From: Flavipsychrobacter sp.
Lineage (GTDB): Bacteria; Bacteroidota; Bacteroidia; Chitinophagales; Chitinophagaceae
Assembly (NCBI GenBank): GCA_016787265.1
Contig: JAEUVF010000010.1
Coordinates: 223,591-287,590, forward strand
Length of the DNA stretch: 64,000 nucleotides
Reading direction: 5' to 3'
Part shown: positions 17,812 through 28,045 of the stretch, one piece after another
Position numbering within the stretch: position 1 is the stretch's first letter
Layout: the number at the start of each line of letters is the position of its first letter
Program-made: the position numbers and the translations under genes
Notes under the pieces: generated by a model
The model's input: only the letters and a program-made list of their open reading frames with translations
What the model was told of the DNA's origin: nothing
Database searches by the model: none

Positions 17812-19560
17812 ATGAGTACTAATTTATTCCGGATGATCCTTTGCAGTGGAATACTGCCTGGGGTGTTAACAGGAGGCAGTGTAGCTGCCCAGGTAGATAC
17901 CAAAAAAGAAATTTCCAGTCAGGCATCAGAGCTGACCCATACCATACAGCAGTATAAAGCAGACAAAGGCAGTTTGAGCCGGTTTTATTTCCTTGAAACT
18001 TCACCGGAACGTATTGGGCGGATGAAAGAATTGACGCAGCAATATCGAAAATTGCTGGATCGCTTTACCTACAACCAGCTTAGTATGGATGGCAAGGTTG
18101 ACTATGTATTATTCAGCCGGAATCTGCAGAATGAATGGAACCTGTTGGAGACCGGCGAAGCAGAACTCCCTATCGCGAAAGCATATGTTCCTTTTTCAGA
18201 TGAATTGTTTGGCTATGAAAGAAAAAGAAGGAGAGGTGCGGTATTACCTGCAGCAAGGTTGGCCGGAGAATGGCAGGGTTGGAAAAAACAGTTGGAAGAG
18301 CGCATTACTGCAATAGAAAAAGATCAGCAGTTAACACTATCGATGGCTTATGCGGTTCAGAAAAGGCTGGAGGATATTCAGGCAGCAGCCAAATCTGTAT
18401 ATGAATTTTATTATGGGTATGATCCCCAATTCAGCTGGTGGATTGAACAACCCTATAAAGGAACCGACAGCCTGATCAAACGGTACAGCAATGCTGTAAT
18501 GGCAAAGGCAAGAAAAAACTCCGCAACGGCAGATGATGGTAGCGGGATCCTGGGCCGGCCTATAGGAGCTGGGGAACTGAAAAGACAGCTGGAACTGGAA
18601 TTCATTCCTTATACAGCTGAAGAATTAATAAAGATAGCGGAGGAAGAATTTGCCTGGTGTGATAAGGAATTATTGAAGGCTACCAAAGAGATGGGTTTTG
18701 GAACCGACTGGAAAGCGGCCATGGAGAAGGTAAAGAACAGTTATGTACCGGAAGGCAGACAGCCTGAGATGATCCTGGATCTGTTTAACCAGAGTGTAGA
18801 ATTTATCAAAAAGCATAAACTGGTAACGATACCTCCTGTTGCAGAAGAGACCTGGCGAATGAATATGATGTCTCCGGAAAGGCAGTTGGTCAATCCGTTT
18901 TTCCTCGGTGGTGAAAGCATTATCATTTCTTATCCGACACATACCATGGAACAGGAGGATAAACTGATGAGCATGCGGGGTAATAATCCGCATTTTTCAA
19001 GAGCAACCGTACACCATGAACTGATTGCCGGGCATCATTTACAGATGTACCAGAATCAGCGCTATAAAACCTATCGTAATTTTTATACACCTTTCTGGAT
19101 CGAAGGATGGGCCCTTTATTGGGAGATGATTTTATGGGATATGAAATTCCCACGCGGACCGGAAGATAAAATAGGGATGTTGTTCTGGCGAATGCATCGT
19201 TGTGCGCGCATTATTTTTTCTTTGAACTATCATTTGGGTAAATGGACACCACAGCAATGTATTGATTTCCTGGTGGACAGGGTAGGACATGAACGCGCTA
19301 ATGCAGAAGGGGAAGTGCGTCGATCTTTTCAGGGCAATTACGGACCACTTTATCAACTGGCGTATATGATTGGTGGATTACAGTTTTACCAGTTGAAGAA
19401 AGAACTGGTGGATGGTGGAAAGATGAGTTATATGGAATTTCATGACCGGATTTTACAGGAACACCAGATGCCGGTAGAAATGATAAGGCATATTCTCACC
19501 AATACAGCACCTAAAAAAGAGTTTAAAACAGAATGGCGTTTTTATCCGACAATCAAATAA
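17812..19560 (+). CDS. DUF885-family protein (putative secreted metallopeptidase)
   Basis: Signal peptide and the HHELIAGHHLQ motif (DUF885 HExxGHH signature). Length 582 aa. Confidence 0.7.
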   Translation: MSTNLFRMILCSGILPGVLTGGSVAAQVDTKKEISSQASELTHTIQQYKADKGSLSRFYFLETSPERIGRMKELTQQYRKLLDRFTYNQLSMDGKVDYVLFSRNLQNEWNLLETGEAELPIAKAYVPFSDELFGYERKRRRGAVLPAARLAGEWQGWKKQLEERITAIEKDQQLTLSMAYAVQKRLEDIQAAAKSVYEFYYGYDPQFSWWIEQPYKGTDSLIKRYSNAVMAKARKNSATADDGSGILGRPIGAGELKRQLELEFIPYTAEELIKIAEEEFAWCDKELLKATKEMGFGTDWKAAMEKVKNSYVPEGRQPEMILDLFNQSVEFIKKHKLVTIPPVAEETWRMNMMSPERQLVNPFFLGGESIIISYPTHTMEQEDKLMSMRGNNPHFSRATVHHELIAGHHLQMYQNQRYKTYRNFYTPFWIEGWALYWEMILWDMKFPRGPEDKIGMLFWRMHRCARIIFSLNYHLGKWTPQQCIDFLVDRVGHERANAEGEVRRSFQGNYGPLYQLAYMIGGLQFYQLKKELVDGGKMSYMEFHDRILQEHQMPVEMIRHILTNTAPKKEFKTEWRFYPTIK

Positions 19561-19664
19561 AGAAATGCCAGTTAAAATCTGTAAATTTTTAATTAAATGC
19601 CGGATAGCTCGCTGTAATCACTTGTTCTAATTTCGAACCAACATAACTAGCAAAATTTCATACT

Positions 19665-20609
19665 ATGGCAAGTATAAACTGGAACGGGGTTTACCCGGCC
19701 TTACTTACTCCCTTCAACCAACAGGAAGAAATTGATTTTGATCTGTATAAAATCAATCTGGATGCACAGATTGAAGCTGGTGTTGACGGCATAATCATCG
19801 GTGGATCACTTGGTGAAACAAGTACGTTATTAAGTGAGGAAAAAAATGAACTGCTAATCGTTTCCAAGGAATCAGTTCCAGCGCATATTCCGGTACTGGT
19901 GAATATTGCAGAGCAAAGTACAAAAGTGGCTGTAGCCCTGGCCCGGGAGGCAGAGAAAAATGGGGCCGATGGTTTAATGCTGTTGCCACCTATGCGGTAT
20001 AAGGCCGATGACCGTGAGACAGTAGAGTTCTTTAAAGCAGTTGCCCGCAATACATCCTTACCGATTCTATTGTATAACAATCCTGTAGATTATAAAATTG
20101 AGATCACACTGGATATGTTTGAACAGTTGCTGGAATGTGAAAACATTCAGGCAGTAAAAGAATCCACCCGCAATACCATGAATGTAACGAGGATGCTTAA
20201 CCGATTTGGAGAGCGGTATAAGATATTAACGGGAGTTGATCCGATTGCAGTGGAAAGCCTGATGTTAGGCGCACATGGTTGGGTAGCCGGACTGGTGGAT
20301 GCTTTCCCAAGGGAAACGGTTGCAATTTACCGCCTGGTAAAGGCTGGTCGTTACGAGGAAGCGGTAGCCATTCACAGGTGGTTCCTTCCACTATGTGAAC
20401 TGGATATTCTTCCGAAGCTGGTACAATATATCAAACTGGCGGCAAAAGCAACGGGAATCGGGTCGGAGTATGTTCGGGCTCCCAGGTTGGTGCTGGAAGG
20501 TGAGGAGTTAAAAAGAGTGCAGAAAATAATTGATGATGCATTGGCCTGTCGCCCCGAATTACCAGATTATCTCAACCTGCAAACAGTATCCAATGCTCAG
20601 TGGGCTTAG
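19665..20609 (+). CDS. DHDPS/NAL-family lyase, predicted delta1-pyrroline-4-hydroxy-2-carboxylate deaminase
   Basis: 314 aa, DapA-like (GIIIGGSLGE, LYNNP, Schiff-base Lys context QAVKEST). The specific function is inferred from the Hyp cluster context. Confidence 0.7.
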   Translation: MASINWNGVYPALLTPFNQQEEIDFDLYKINLDAQIEAGVDGIIIGGSLGETSTLLSEEKNELLIVSKESVPAHIPVLVNIAEQSTKVAVALAREAEKNGADGLMLLPPMRYKADDRETVEFFKAVARNTSLPILLYNNPVDYKIEITLDMFEQLLECENIQAVKESTRNTMNVTRMLNRFGERYKILTGVDPIAVESLMLGAHGWVAGLVDAFPRETVAIYRLVKAGRYEEAVAIHRWFLPLCELDILPKLVQYIKLAAKATGIGSEYVRAPRLVLEGEELKRVQKIIDDALACRPELPDYLNLQTVSNAQWA

Positions 20610-22185
20610 TATTATTGGTCGTGGCCGTGGAGCTGTAACTGCTCATCAATTGCGTGCCAGAAGTCCAATTACCGGACAATCCTTACCGGAAGAATTTTAT
20701 ATTGCCAGCCCGGATGAAATTAACCGGACATTGGAACTGGCTTCGAAGGCTGCTCCTGAATTCAGTGGATTAAACGCAGCGCAAAGGGCGGTATTTCTGG
20801 ATGCTATTGGGGAGGAGATACTGGCTATCGGACCGGCTTTGCTGGAGCGGGCTCATCTTGAAACCGGATTGCCGGAGGCAAGACTAAGTGGAGAAAGAGA
20901 TCGTACCGTTAATCAGTTAAAATTATTTGCTGCTGTATTGCGCGAAGGTAGCTGGGTGAATGCTGTTATTGATACGGCTTTGCCGGATCGCAAACCCCTG
21001 CCTCGAACGGATCTCCGAAAGATGAATGTGGCGATTGGGCCGGTGGTTGTTTTCGCGGCAAGCAATTTTCCCTTTGCATTTTCAACAGCCGGAGGCGATA
21101 CTGCTGCTGCGCTGGCTGCAGGCTGTCCGGTAATTGTAAAAGCGCATGGATCGCATCTTGGTACCAATGAACTGGTTGCATCCGCTATTCAAAAAGCTTC
21201 CATTAAATGTGGTATGCCGGAAGGAGTATTCTCATCACTCATAGGAGAAGGCGCTGCATTGGGTCAGCAACTGGCCAAGGATGAGCGCATCAAGGCAATC
21301 GGGTTTACCGGATCTTTTAAAGCAGGCATGGCCTTGTTTCATACAGCAACCAAAGAGCGAAAAGAACCCATCCCTGTTTATGCAGAGATGAGCAGCATCA
21401 ATCCGGTACTGTTGTTACCAGCGCTCGTAAAAGCTGATCCGGAGGCACTTGCAACACAACTGGCAACTTCTATCACGTTGGGTGTAGGACAGTTTTGTAC
21501 CAATCCGGGTTTATTATTCATGCTCGAAGATGAGCATACAGACAATCTGATAAAGGCGTTAACAGAAGCGTTGAAAAAAGCAACAGCAGGTGTGATGCTG
21601 AACAGTTCAATCTGCCGAAGTTATTATAGTAACCGTACTCATCTGAAAGAGATAAGCGGCGTAAAAGCGTTGCTGGAAGGAGAAGACGAAGCGGTCGATT
21701 GCAAAGGAAGCGCTGCTTTATATGAAGTGAGTGCTGCTGATTTTTTGAAGCATGCGGAATTGCAGGAGGAAGTTTTCGGTCCGGCATCACTGATAGTAAG
21801 ATGTAAGACAAAAGAAGATATGTTGAAAGCCATTCAGCATATGCAGGGACAATTAACCGGTTCTGTCTTTGGACAAGTTCCGGAGCTGGATGATTTCAGA
21901 GATTCCATCACGCTACTGCAAAGCCGGGTGGGCAGATTGATCTTTAACCAGGTACCAACCGGTGTGGAAGTTTGCCATGCGATGGTACATGGAGGCCCTT
22001 TCCCGGCTACAACCGATGCAGGAGCTACTTCGGTAGGAGCTTCTTCCATAGAGCGTTTTTTGCGGCCCGTATGCTGGCAGAATTGTCCGGCTGATTTTCT
22101 TCCTGAGGCCTTACAAAACAACAATCCATTAGGGATCATGCGCAAGATCAATGGTCAGTATACCCGGGATCCCATAACCAGTTAA
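20593..22185 (+). CDS. Aldehyde dehydrogenase, predicted alpha-ketoglutarate semialdehyde dehydrogenase
   Basis: ALDH fold (FTGSFKAG, EMSSINP, GQFCTNPG catalytic Cys context). The ATG at 20593 gives a 17-nt overlap with the upstream gene. Confidence 0.75.
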   Translation: MLSGLSIIGRGRGAVTAHQLRARSPITGQSLPEEFYIASPDEINRTLELASKAAPEFSGLNAAQRAVFLDAIGEEILAIGPALLERAHLETGLPEARLSGERDRTVNQLKLFAAVLREGSWVNAVIDTALPDRKPLPRTDLRKMNVAIGPVVVFAASNFPFAFSTAGGDTAAALAAGCPVIVKAHGSHLGTNELVASAIQKASIKCGMPEGVFSSLIGEGAALGQQLAKDERIKAIGFTGSFKAGMALFHTATKERKEPIPVYAEMSSINPVLLLPALVKADPEALATQLATSITLGVGQFCTNPGLLFMLEDEHTDNLIKALTEALKKATAGVMLNSSICRSYYSNRTHLKEISGVKALLEGEDEAVDCKGSAALYEVSAADFLKHAELQEEVFGPASLIVRCKTKEDMLKAIQHMQGQLTGSVFGQVPELDDFRDSITLLQSRVGRLIFNQVPTGVEVCHAMVHGGPFPATTDAGATSVGASSIERFLRPVCWQNCPADFLPEALQNNNPLGIMRKINGQYTRDPITS

Positions 22186-22189
22186 AGAA

Positions 22190-23428
22190 ATGAAAGCGGT
22201 AATTATAGGAGGAGGAATCATTGGCCTGAGCAGTGCCTTTTATTTGTCGGAGGCAGGTTGGGAAGTGGAGGTAATCGAAGCAGCTGATTTTACCGATAAT
22301 TGTTCTTATGGCAATCTTGGTATGATTGTTCCCAGCCATTTTGTGCCATTGGCAGCGCCTGGAATTGTAGCACAGGGAATTCGCTGGATGTTTAATTCCA
22401 GTAGTCCATTTTATATAAGGCCCGCTTTAGATCCAAAGCTGATCAACTGGGGCTTAAAATTTCTTCGCAGTGCGAATGCAAAGCAGGCAAACGCAGCAGC
22501 AAGGCCTTTGCTGGAACTCAACCTGTTCAGCAAATCCTTATATGAAGAGCTTGCAACAAAAATGAATCTTGGCCTCGGGAAAAAGGGCATCCTGATGTAT
22601 TTCAAAACGGAGGCGGTTGCGGAAGAGGAACATCATCTTGCTGAAAAGGCGAGAGCGATGGGGCTTGATGTCGTTTACCTGAACAAGCAGGAAGTGCTTC
22701 ATCTCGAACCGGAGCAACAACCGGATGTATTGGGGGCAGTGCATTATCGTTGTGATGCGCATTTGCATCCCAATTCTTTGATGCGTGAAATGATTAATGT
22801 ACTGAAGCAAAAGGGTGTCAGGTTATCACCCGAAATGCCGCTTCAAAAGATTGTACGCAATCAGGATCAAATCAGCGAAATCATTGCAGGTGGAGAAACC
22901 ATAAAAGCTGACCTGTTTGTGATGGCCAGTGGTTCCTGGTTACCTGAAACGATGAAGCAGGCAGGCATAACCATTCCCCTGATGCCAGGTAAAGGATATT
23001 CATTTACAGGAAATGAAAGGGGTCCGGCATTAAACATTCCTGCTATTTTATGTGAAGCAAGAGTAGCGATTACTCCCATGGCAGGCGGATTGCGATTTGG
23101 CGGAACCATGGAATTGTCAGGCTTCCAGCATAAGGTGAACATGAACCGGGTGAGAGGAATAGTAGAATCCGTACCCAGGTATTTTCCTGCAATGAAGCTT
23201 GAAATGCCCCAGGAGCAGGAAGTATGGTATGGATTCAGACCCTGTTCACCCGATGGTCTGCCCTATATTGGGTATGCAAAAAATTGCAGGAACCTGTTGG
23301 TGGCAGGCGGGCATGCGATGATGGGACTCAGTTTAGGTCCGGCTACGGGAAAACTGATCGCAGAATTGGCACAATCCCAAAGCACATCAGTGGATATTAA
23401 GGCTTTTGACCCGAATCGTTTTTCCTAA
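22190..23428 (+). CDS. FAD-dependent oxidoreductase (DadA-like), predicted D-hydroxyproline dehydrogenase
   Basis: N-terminal Rossmann VIIGGGIIGLSSAF. Length 412 aa. It starts 5 nt after the ALDH stop. Confidence 0.7.
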   Translation: MKAVIIGGGIIGLSSAFYLSEAGWEVEVIEAADFTDNCSYGNLGMIVPSHFVPLAAPGIVAQGIRWMFNSSSPFYIRPALDPKLINWGLKFLRSANAKQANAAARPLLELNLFSKSLYEELATKMNLGLGKKGILMYFKTEAVAEEEHHLAEKARAMGLDVVYLNKQEVLHLEPEQQPDVLGAVHYRCDAHLHPNSLMREMINVLKQKGVRLSPEMPLQKIVRNQDQISEIIAGGETIKADLFVMASGSWLPETMKQAGITIPLMPGKGYSFTGNERGPALNIPAILCEARVAITPMAGGLRFGGTMELSGFQHKVNMNRVRGIVESVPRYFPAMKLEMPQEQEVWYGFRPCSPDGLPYIGYAKNCRNLLVAGGHAMMGLSLGPATGKLIAELAQSQSTSVDIKAFDPNRFS

Positions 23429-24806
23429 TCGCAAAGTAAATAGGAATGCCAAGCAGGGTAATGATTAGTCCGGGCCAGGTATAATTCGGTTTGAAAAAGA
23501 TCAGCAACACACAGAAGCTCAATCCCATCAAGATATAAAGAATTGGTAATACCGGGTATCCGAATGCTTTGTAAGGCCTCGGGTGATCCGGTCTTTTTTT
23601 ACGCAGGATAAATATACCGGCGATGGTGAGCATGTAAAAACCAACTACTACGAAAGAGATCATGTCCAGCAACTGGCCATATTGCCCGCTTACGCTCCAG
23701 GCACAGGCAAAAAGACATTGAAACCAAAGCGCATAACCAGGAACGTTATTGCCATTAAGTGTTCCTGCTTTCTTGAAAAAGAGTCGGTCTTTGGCCATGG
23801 TATGATAGACTCTTGCCCCTGCAAGGATCAGTCCGTTATTGCATCCAAACGTGCTGATCATGATCATGACTGCAATAATAATGGTACCTGCAGGACCAAA
23901 AATTACCTGTGCAGCAGCAACCCCGACCCTGTCTTTATCAGCACCAGCGATACCATCCAGTGGAAGCACTGCCAGGTAAACCATGTTGGTGCATACATAT
24001 ATGATGGTAACCAATAAGGTTCCGAGAAACAAACTAAGACCAATATTGCGTTGCGGGTTTTTGATTTCGCCTGCAATAAACGTTACATTGTTCCAGGAAT
24101 CGCTGCTGAAAATAGAGCCAACCATGGCTGCAGCTATGGCACCCAGCACTGCGATTCCTGTATAAAGTTCGGTGCCTTCACCCGGAGTGAATTTGCCAAG
24201 TAACCAGGGCAATTCCCAGTTCTGTTTCCATATCTCTGGCTGAAAAGCAAATAAACCAAAGAGGATCAAACCGAGCAGACTGAGAATCTTGGTAAGAGTA
24301 AAGGTGGTCTGAATCAATTTCCCATTTTGAATACCCCGGGTATTGATAAAAGTCAGCAAAATAATAATAACAATAGATAGCAGCTGGGCTGCTGAAATAT
24401 TAAAACTTCCAATGGATAACAGAATGGCATCTTCTCCAACAGCCGGAAAAATATAAGCAGTAAATTTTGCAAAGGCGACAGCCACTGCTGCGATGGTAGC
24501 TGTTTGAATGACGGAGAAAAAACTCCAGCCATATAAAAATCCTATGAGTGGATTGTAGGCTTCTTTCAGGTATACATACTGACCACCTGCTTTCGGAAAC
24601 ATGGAACTCAGTTCTCCATAACTGAGCGCTGCAGTAATGGTCATAAAGCCGGTGATCAACCAGATGGCGATCAGCCAGCCGGCACTGCCCACATTACGGG
24701 TGATATCCGCACTCACAATGAAGATTCCGGAACCAATCATTGAGCCGGCAACAATCATAGTGGCATCCAGTAATCTTAGGGTAGGCTTAAAGTTCGAATC
24801 CTGCAT
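23397..24806 (-). CDS. APC-superfamily amino acid permease
   Basis: 469 aa with about 12 hydrophobic helices. The N-terminal IVAGSMIGSGIF motif is typical of the APC family. Confidence 0.8.
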   Translation of the reverse strand: MQDSNFKPTLRLLDATMIVAGSMIGSGIFIVSADITRNVGSAGWLIAIWLITGFMTITAALSYGELSSMFPKAGGQYVYLKEAYNPLIGFLYGWSFFSVIQTATIAAVAVAFAKFTAYIFPAVGEDAILLSIGSFNISAAQLLSIVIIILLTFINTRGIQNGKLIQTTFTLTKILSLLGLILFGLFAFQPEIWKQNWELPWLLGKFTPGEGTELYTGIAVLGAIAAAMVGSIFSSDSWNNVTFIAGEIKNPQRNIGLSLFLGTLLVTIIYVCTNMVYLAVLPLDGIAGADKDRVGVAAAQVIFGPAGTIIIAVMIMISTFGCNNGLILAGARVYHTMAKDRLFFKKAGTLNGNNVPGYALWFQCLFACAWSVSGQYGQLLDMISFVVVGFYMLTIAGIFILRKKRPDHPRPYKAFGYPVLPILYILMGLSFCVLLIFFKPNYTWPGLIITLLGIPIYFAIRKNDSGQKP

Positions 24807-25040
24807 ACAGTTTGTTTAGGTAAAGGGAAATTAGGGAATTCATTTTCCCGACAGCCATCCGGGTTAAAATCTGGGGTGCTTCCGCTAAATCAGGTAAAAC
24901 TCACCGAAATCAAAAGGGGCTAATATCTGGTAACAATTAAATAAAATGTGTGAATCCATAGCTGTTTTCTGATTCTAAATTTAAGTGTAAAATATACAAT
25001 TAACCGATTGCTTTCTGTCACAACCAAAAATTGTCAAGCT

Positions 25041-28028
25041 ATGAGAATTTCTTACAGGAGGATCAGTGCCTTGCTGGTTTTTCTATTTATGACTGTAATT
25101 CTTGCTGGTGCCTGTTTCGAATTGCGGGCCCAGGAAAGATCACCAAACCGCATAAATGGAAAAATTACCAATGAAGAGGGCCTTCCGTTACCGGGTGTTT
25201 CGGTCACGGAAATTGGAACACAGAATGGAACCACAACAGATGAAAAGGGCGAATTTGTTTTAACACTGACGCGAACCAATTCAAAAATCCGGATTAGTTC
25301 GGTAGGGTTTGCGAGCCAGGATATTGATCCGGCCGGGCGCTCTACATTTTCCATACAATTGAGTGCGGCTGAGTCAAGCCTGGATGATGTGGTAGTAGTT
25401 GGATATGGTAAACAGAAAAAGGGAGAAGTAACAGGTGCTGTTGCAAATGTAAAAAGAGAAGATTTCACCCAGGGGTTTGCGCGGGATGCAGGGCAACTGA
25501 TTCAGGGTAAGGTAGCCGGACTCGCAATTGTTACTCCCAGTGGTAACCCCAATGCCACCACGCAGATATCATTAAGAGGAAATAGTACGATATTGTCTAC
25601 AACTGAGCCACTCATATTAATTGATGGTATCCCCGGCTCATTGAACACGGTTGCACCGGAAGACATTGAATCCATAGATGTATTGAAAGACGGATCTGCT
25701 GCTGCGATCTATGGAACCAGGGGTACTAATGGAGTAATTCTAATTACCACCCGTAAAAGAAGCGGAAAGATGCCTGCTACACTTAGTTACGATAGTTATG
25801 TCAGTGTTCAGAACATTGCCAGGCGCATGGAGTTCCTGGAGGCGGCGGATGTACGTAAACTGGTGAATGATGGATTTTACCCTGACGCCTACGATAAAGG
25901 AACCAGTACAGACTGGCTGAAAGAGATCAGCCGGAATCCTGTGAGTCATGTACATAATGTTTCACTTCAGGGCGGAACAGCACAGTCAAATTATATCGCT
26001 ACACTTAATTTGCGCAACTGGGAAGGTCTGTTCAATCGTTCCGACAACAAACAATTCACCGGTCGTATTGATCTGAATCATTCCATGCTGGATAATCGGT
26101 TGCGCTTTAACGTGAGTTTGCTTGGCAGAAACCGGAAGTATTTCGCCGGTCCCAACTATGATTATATCTACCGGCAGGCAATCATTCGCAATCCCACTGA
26201 CAGTGTATATGATTACCTGGGGAGATGGAAAGAAGATCCCAATGCATATAACTATGATAACCCGGTCCGCAGCATTGAAGAAACATCCGGTGAGTTCCGA
26301 ACATCAGAACTTCGTTTAAACGGTAGTGTGATTTTCTCTCCCATAAAGGACCTGAATATTAAGTTACTTGTTTCAAATGTGAAGATCAATTCACTGTCGG
26401 GATATTCTGAAAGTTTTAATCACCGGGCCTCTGTTGTGAATAACCGGACCGGGTATGCATCCCGAACCACCAGCCTCTTTCAGGATAACCTGTTGGAGTT
26501 GACTACAGATTATACCAAATCATTTGGTCAGCATCGGGTAACCGTGCTGGGTGGCTATAGCTGGCAGGATGTGACAAGTGAAGGATTTAATGCGGCCAAT
26601 TCCAATTTCCCAACAGATCTGTATACCTACAATAACCTTGCAGCAGGTGATGCCCTGCTCTTGCAAAATAACAGTGCATTTGGATTAGGCTCCTTTAAAA
26701 CCAATCATAAACTGATCGGGTTTTTCGGAAGGGTGAATTATTCGCTCAGTGAGAAATACCTGCTCATGGCAAGTATGCGCTATGAAGGCTCTTCCAAATT
26801 TGGAGCCAACTACAAGTGGGGAACATTCCCGGCGGTTTCAGTTGGATGGAGGCTAAACAGGGAATCATTCCTGACTAATGCTAAATTCCTGGATGACCTG
26901 AAACTGCGGGCAGGATTTGGTATCACCGGTACAGTTCCAACAGACCCGTATCAATCACTCATTTCACTGGCGTATAGCAATAACCGTTACCTGTACAATG
27001 GTCAGTGGATACAGCCGATTTCACCGACCAGAAACCCTAACCCTGATTTGCGTTGGGAGAAAAAGGAGGAATATAATATCGGATTGGATTATGCCATGTT
27101 CCGCGGGCGTTTGAGTGGTAGTATCGATTTCTACCAGCGCAACACCAAGGATATGTTGTACAACTTCCCGGTGCCTGTTCCACCGAATCTGTTTGGGACC
27201 ACGCTGGCGAATGCCGGCAGCATGTTAAACCGTGGTGTGGAAATCCTGGTGAATTATGATTTTATCCGCAAGAAGGATATCGATTTCAGAGCCAACCTTA
27301 CCTATTCTGCCAATAAGAATAAACTGATTTCCATTTCAAATGATTTGTATCAGACAACCAATGATTTCTTTTTCGCAGGGTATACCGGTGAACCTATCCA
27401 GGAATCAACACATCGCGTGAAAGTGGGTGAATCCATTGGAAATTTCTGGGGCTACAAAACCATTGATGTAGATGCTGATGGAAAATGGATCATTGAAGGG
27501 GAGGATGGTAAACCGAAGCCAATTGGCCAGTCTACCCCTTCTGATAAAAAAGTGCTGGGTAATGGTATTCCAAAACATGTAGCGGGACTCAATCTCTATT
27601 TCCGGTACAAGAGAGCAGATATCGCTGTAAACATGCGTGGTGCATTTGGTTACCAGATTCTGAATTTCCAGCGCATGTATTATGAAAATCCCAAGATCAA
27701 ACAATACAATATGCTGAAATCCGCACTGGACCCGGTATATGGAAAAAGAATGCTGGATAATGACCTGGCGTATGTATCCTATTACATTGAAGATGGTGAT
27801 CACTGGAAAGTTGATAACGTAACCCTTGGATACAACTTTGATGTTAAGAACAGCAGGTATTTCCGTACAGCGCGGGTATACGCTTCTGCACTCAACCTGC
27901 TGGTGTTGACCGGTTATAAAGGAATTGATCCGGAGGTTAACAGGCTGGGCCTTGATCCGGGCGTGGATTCCAGGGACAAGTACCCAACAACAAGAACATT
28001 CACCATGGGAGTAAACATTGGTTTTTAA
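25041..28028 (+). CDS. susC: SusC/RagA-family TonB-linked outer membrane protein
   Basis: Carboxypeptidase-regulatory-like N-terminus (GKITNEEGLPLPGVSV), TonB box DDVVVVGYG, plug (AAAIYGTRGTNGVILITT) and a C-terminal barrel ending NIGF. Confidence 0.9.
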   Translation: MRISYRRISALLVFLFMTVILAGACFELRAQERSPNRINGKITNEEGLPLPGVSVTEIGTQNGTTTDEKGEFVLTLTRTNSKIRISSVGFASQDIDPAGRSTFSIQLSAAESSLDDVVVVGYGKQKKGEVTGAVANVKREDFTQGFARDAGQLIQGKVAGLAIVTPSGNPNATTQISLRGNSTILSTTEPLILIDGIPGSLNTVAPEDIESIDVLKDGSAAAIYGTRGTNGVILITTRKRSGKMPATLSYDSYVSVQNIARRMEFLEAADVRKLVNDGFYPDAYDKGTSTDWLKEISRNPVSHVHNVSLQGGTAQSNYIATLNLRNWEGLFNRSDNKQFTGRIDLNHSMLDNRLRFNVSLLGRNRKYFAGPNYDYIYRQAIIRNPTDSVYDYLGRWKEDPNAYNYDNPVRSIEETSGEFRTSELRLNGSVIFSPIKDLNIKLLVSNVKINSLSGYSESFNHRASVVNNRTGYASRTTSLFQDNLLELTTDYTKSFGQHRVTVLGGYSWQDVTSEGFNAANSNFPTDLYTYNNLAAGDALLLQNNSAFGLGSFKTNHKLIGFFGRVNYSLSEKYLLMASMRYEGSSKFGANYKWGTFPAVSVGWRLNRESFLTNAKFLDDLKLRAGFGITGTVPTDPYQSLISLAYSNNRYLYNGQWIQPISPTRNPNPDLRWEKKEEYNIGLDYAMFRGRLSGSIDFYQRNTKDMLYNFPVPVPPNLFGTTLANAGSMLNRGVEILVNYDFIRKKDIDFRANLTYSANKNKLISISNDLYQTTNDFFFAGYTGEPIQESTHRVKVGESIGNFWGYKTIDVDADGKWIIEGEDGKPKPIGQSTPSDKKVLGNGIPKHVAGLNLYFRYKRADIAVNMRGAFGYQILNFQRMYYENPKIKQYNMLKSALDPVYGKRMLDNDLAYVSYYIEDGDHWKVDNVTLGYNFDVKNSRYFRTARVYASALNLLVLTGYKGIDPEVNRLGLDPGVDSRDKYPTTRTFTMGVNIGF

Positions 28029-28045
28029 TGTAAAAAAGAGTAATC